Origin: Asanoa sp. NPDC049475
Lineage (GTDB): Bacteria > Actinomycetota > Actinomycetes > Mycobacteriales > Micromonosporaceae
Assembly (NCBI RefSeq): GCF_040676915.1
Contig: NZ_JBFAPY010000006.1
Coordinates: 538,277 to 602,276 of the forward strand
Reading direction: 5' to 3'
DNA length: 64,000 bases
The notes under the pieces were generated by a model. That model was given only the letters and a program-made list of their open reading frames with translations. It searched no databases and was not told the DNA's origin. Positions 63,204 through 64,000 of this stretch are shown here, one piece after another. The number at the start of each line of letters is the position of its first letter. Position 1 is the first letter of the stretch. A program made the position numbers and the translations under genes.

Positions 63204-63641
63204 GTGAGCGACGACTACGAACCGGACCCGAGTGGCAAGTCTCTTGTTACGCCGCAGCTCGAGTACGACGTCGACGGGGCGGGCGGCCGGCAGCTCGTCG
63301 TCGTCCAGTCGCCGACTCTTGACGATGTCGTCAGCGCGCTCGACGCCTTGGATCAGCGGTCTCGCACCGCGATGACGCTCATCGACGGGACCGGCGCCTT
63401 CATCAGCGTCGGCGGCGGCATCGGGCGGTATCACGTCTACATCGCTGCGTTCGATCATGACGATCGCGCGGTCCTTCAGGCTCCGGACGTCAGCGATACG
63501 CCCGTGGAGATCGTCAACGACGGTCAAGCGCACCGCTACGCGCAAAGCGACATCGTCGACCGCACCCTGGCGCTGGCCGCGCTCAAGGAGTTCTGCCATA
63601 GCGGCCGGCCCGATCTAAGCCTGACCTGGCGCACCGGCTGA
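63204..63641 (+). CDS. Imm1-family immunity-protein-like protein (polymorphic-toxin system immunity component), apparently an orphan
   Basis: The overall pattern (…LDDVVSALDALD…ISVGGGIGRYHVYI…, C-terminal …LKEFCHSGRPDLSLTW…) matches what I recall of the Imm1 family. The assignment is from memory. Confidence 0.45.
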   Translation: MSDDYEPDPSGKSLVTPQLEYDVDGAGGRQLVVVQSPTLDDVVSALDALDQRSRTAMTLIDGTGAFISVGGGIGRYHVYIAAFDHDDRAVLQAPDVSDTPVEIVNDGQAHRYAQSDIVDRTLALAALKEFCHSGRPDLSLTWRTG

Positions 63642-63691
63642 TCGTTGACGCCGGCCATCCGCGCTGGAAGTCCGAGCCCTCGTGAATGGCG

Positions 63692-64000
63692 TCAAACTGC
63701 CGAGCAGGCCGCGTTCAGTTCCTTGACGGCGGCTTCCAGGTCCTTCTTGCTGGGCTTGGCGTCGGCCGATTTGTTGGTTGCTTCGCCCAGGTCGGCCATT
63801 TCCTGTTGGACCTTGTCGGCGGCAGCGCTGACCGAGTCGTTCGCTCCGATGGAGTGCGCGATGACCTGCGCCGAGCCCGCCATCCACTGTGCACTGACGG
63901 CGATATGACCGGCCGGCGGACCGATTTTCTCGGCCTTGGCGATCTTGTCCGCGTTGTCCTCGATATCCTTCTTGATGTCGTCGCAGGCTTTCGCGGTGAC
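63692..64000 (-). CDS. Hypothetical protein. The reading frame stays open from the stop at 63692 to the window edge on the minus strand, so the gene may be 5'-truncated by the window.
   Basis: The ORF continues in frame to base 64000 (…VTAKACDDIKKDIEDNADKIAKAEKIGPPAGHIAVSAQWMAGSAQVIAHSIGAN…KKDLEAAVKELNAACSAV*). The composition is Ala/Lys/Asp-rich and helical, with no recognisable family. Confidence 0.35.
   Translation of the reverse strand, partial: VTAKACDDIKKDIEDNADKIAKAEKIGPPAGHIAVSAQWMAGSAQVIAHSIGANDSVSAAADKVQQEMADLGEATNKSADAKPSKKDLEAAVKELNAACSAV

Overview
This is a high-GC (about 70%+) chromosomal window, almost certainly from a filamentous actinobacterium. That assignment is an inference from base composition, GTG/TTG start codons, TAT-type signal peptides, and the presence of SARP, MMPL and ECF-sigma genes. 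Coding density is high on both strands. Most long ORFs in the supplied track are Arg/Pro/Ala-rich shadow frames that overlap the real genes, and I discarded them.

Gene content from left to right:
- a 5'-truncated DAO/GcvT-type oxidase;
- an amino-sugar-like utilisation cluster: BadF-type kinase, RpiR regulator, SIS protein, ABC importer, and a secreted GH16-CBM5 enzyme;
- GNAT acetyltransferases;
- a HisKA_3/LuxR two-component pair;
- a MocR regulator divergent from a BBE-like FAD oxidase;
- a secreted trypsin-like protease with a C-terminal P-domain;
- an ADP-ribosylglycohydrolase;
- a six-gene, translationally coupled stressosome-like module: RsbR-RsbS-RsbT, a kinase-PP2C fusion, a histidine kinase, and a response-regulator-PP2C fusion;
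- a tandem-GDPD phosphodiesterase, a serine hydrolase and an amidohydrolase;
- an NfeD-like membrane protein, a flotillin, and a roughly 1600-aa protein with a C-terminal MoxR/AAA_5-type ATPase domain, all translationally coupled;
- a dipeptidase, an ABC-2 exporter and an MFS transporter;
- a PadR regulator with a flavin monooxygenase and a Cys-rich four-helix-bundle protein;
- an ECF sigma factor with a YciI-like protein;
- a histidine kinase, response regulator and MMPL transporter;
- a GntR regulator upstream of an orphan dTDP-glucose 4,6-dehydratase;
- a large AfsR-type SARP regulator;
- DUF2071, VOC and MBL-fold proteins, and an agmatinase remnant;
- MTAP and a YqgE/AlgH-family protein;
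- tRNA-Ala(GGC) followed by a 25-bp hairpin;
- NTF2-like, TetR and Imm1-like immunity proteins.

I saw no CRISPR array, transposase or integrase.

The most interesting candidate for an undescribed system is the NfeD-flotillin-giant AAA+ ATPase operon at about 30.4-37.9 kb. The second is the stressosome-like partner-switching cascade at 19.8-25.4 kb, wired to a two-component system and two PP2C phosphatases.
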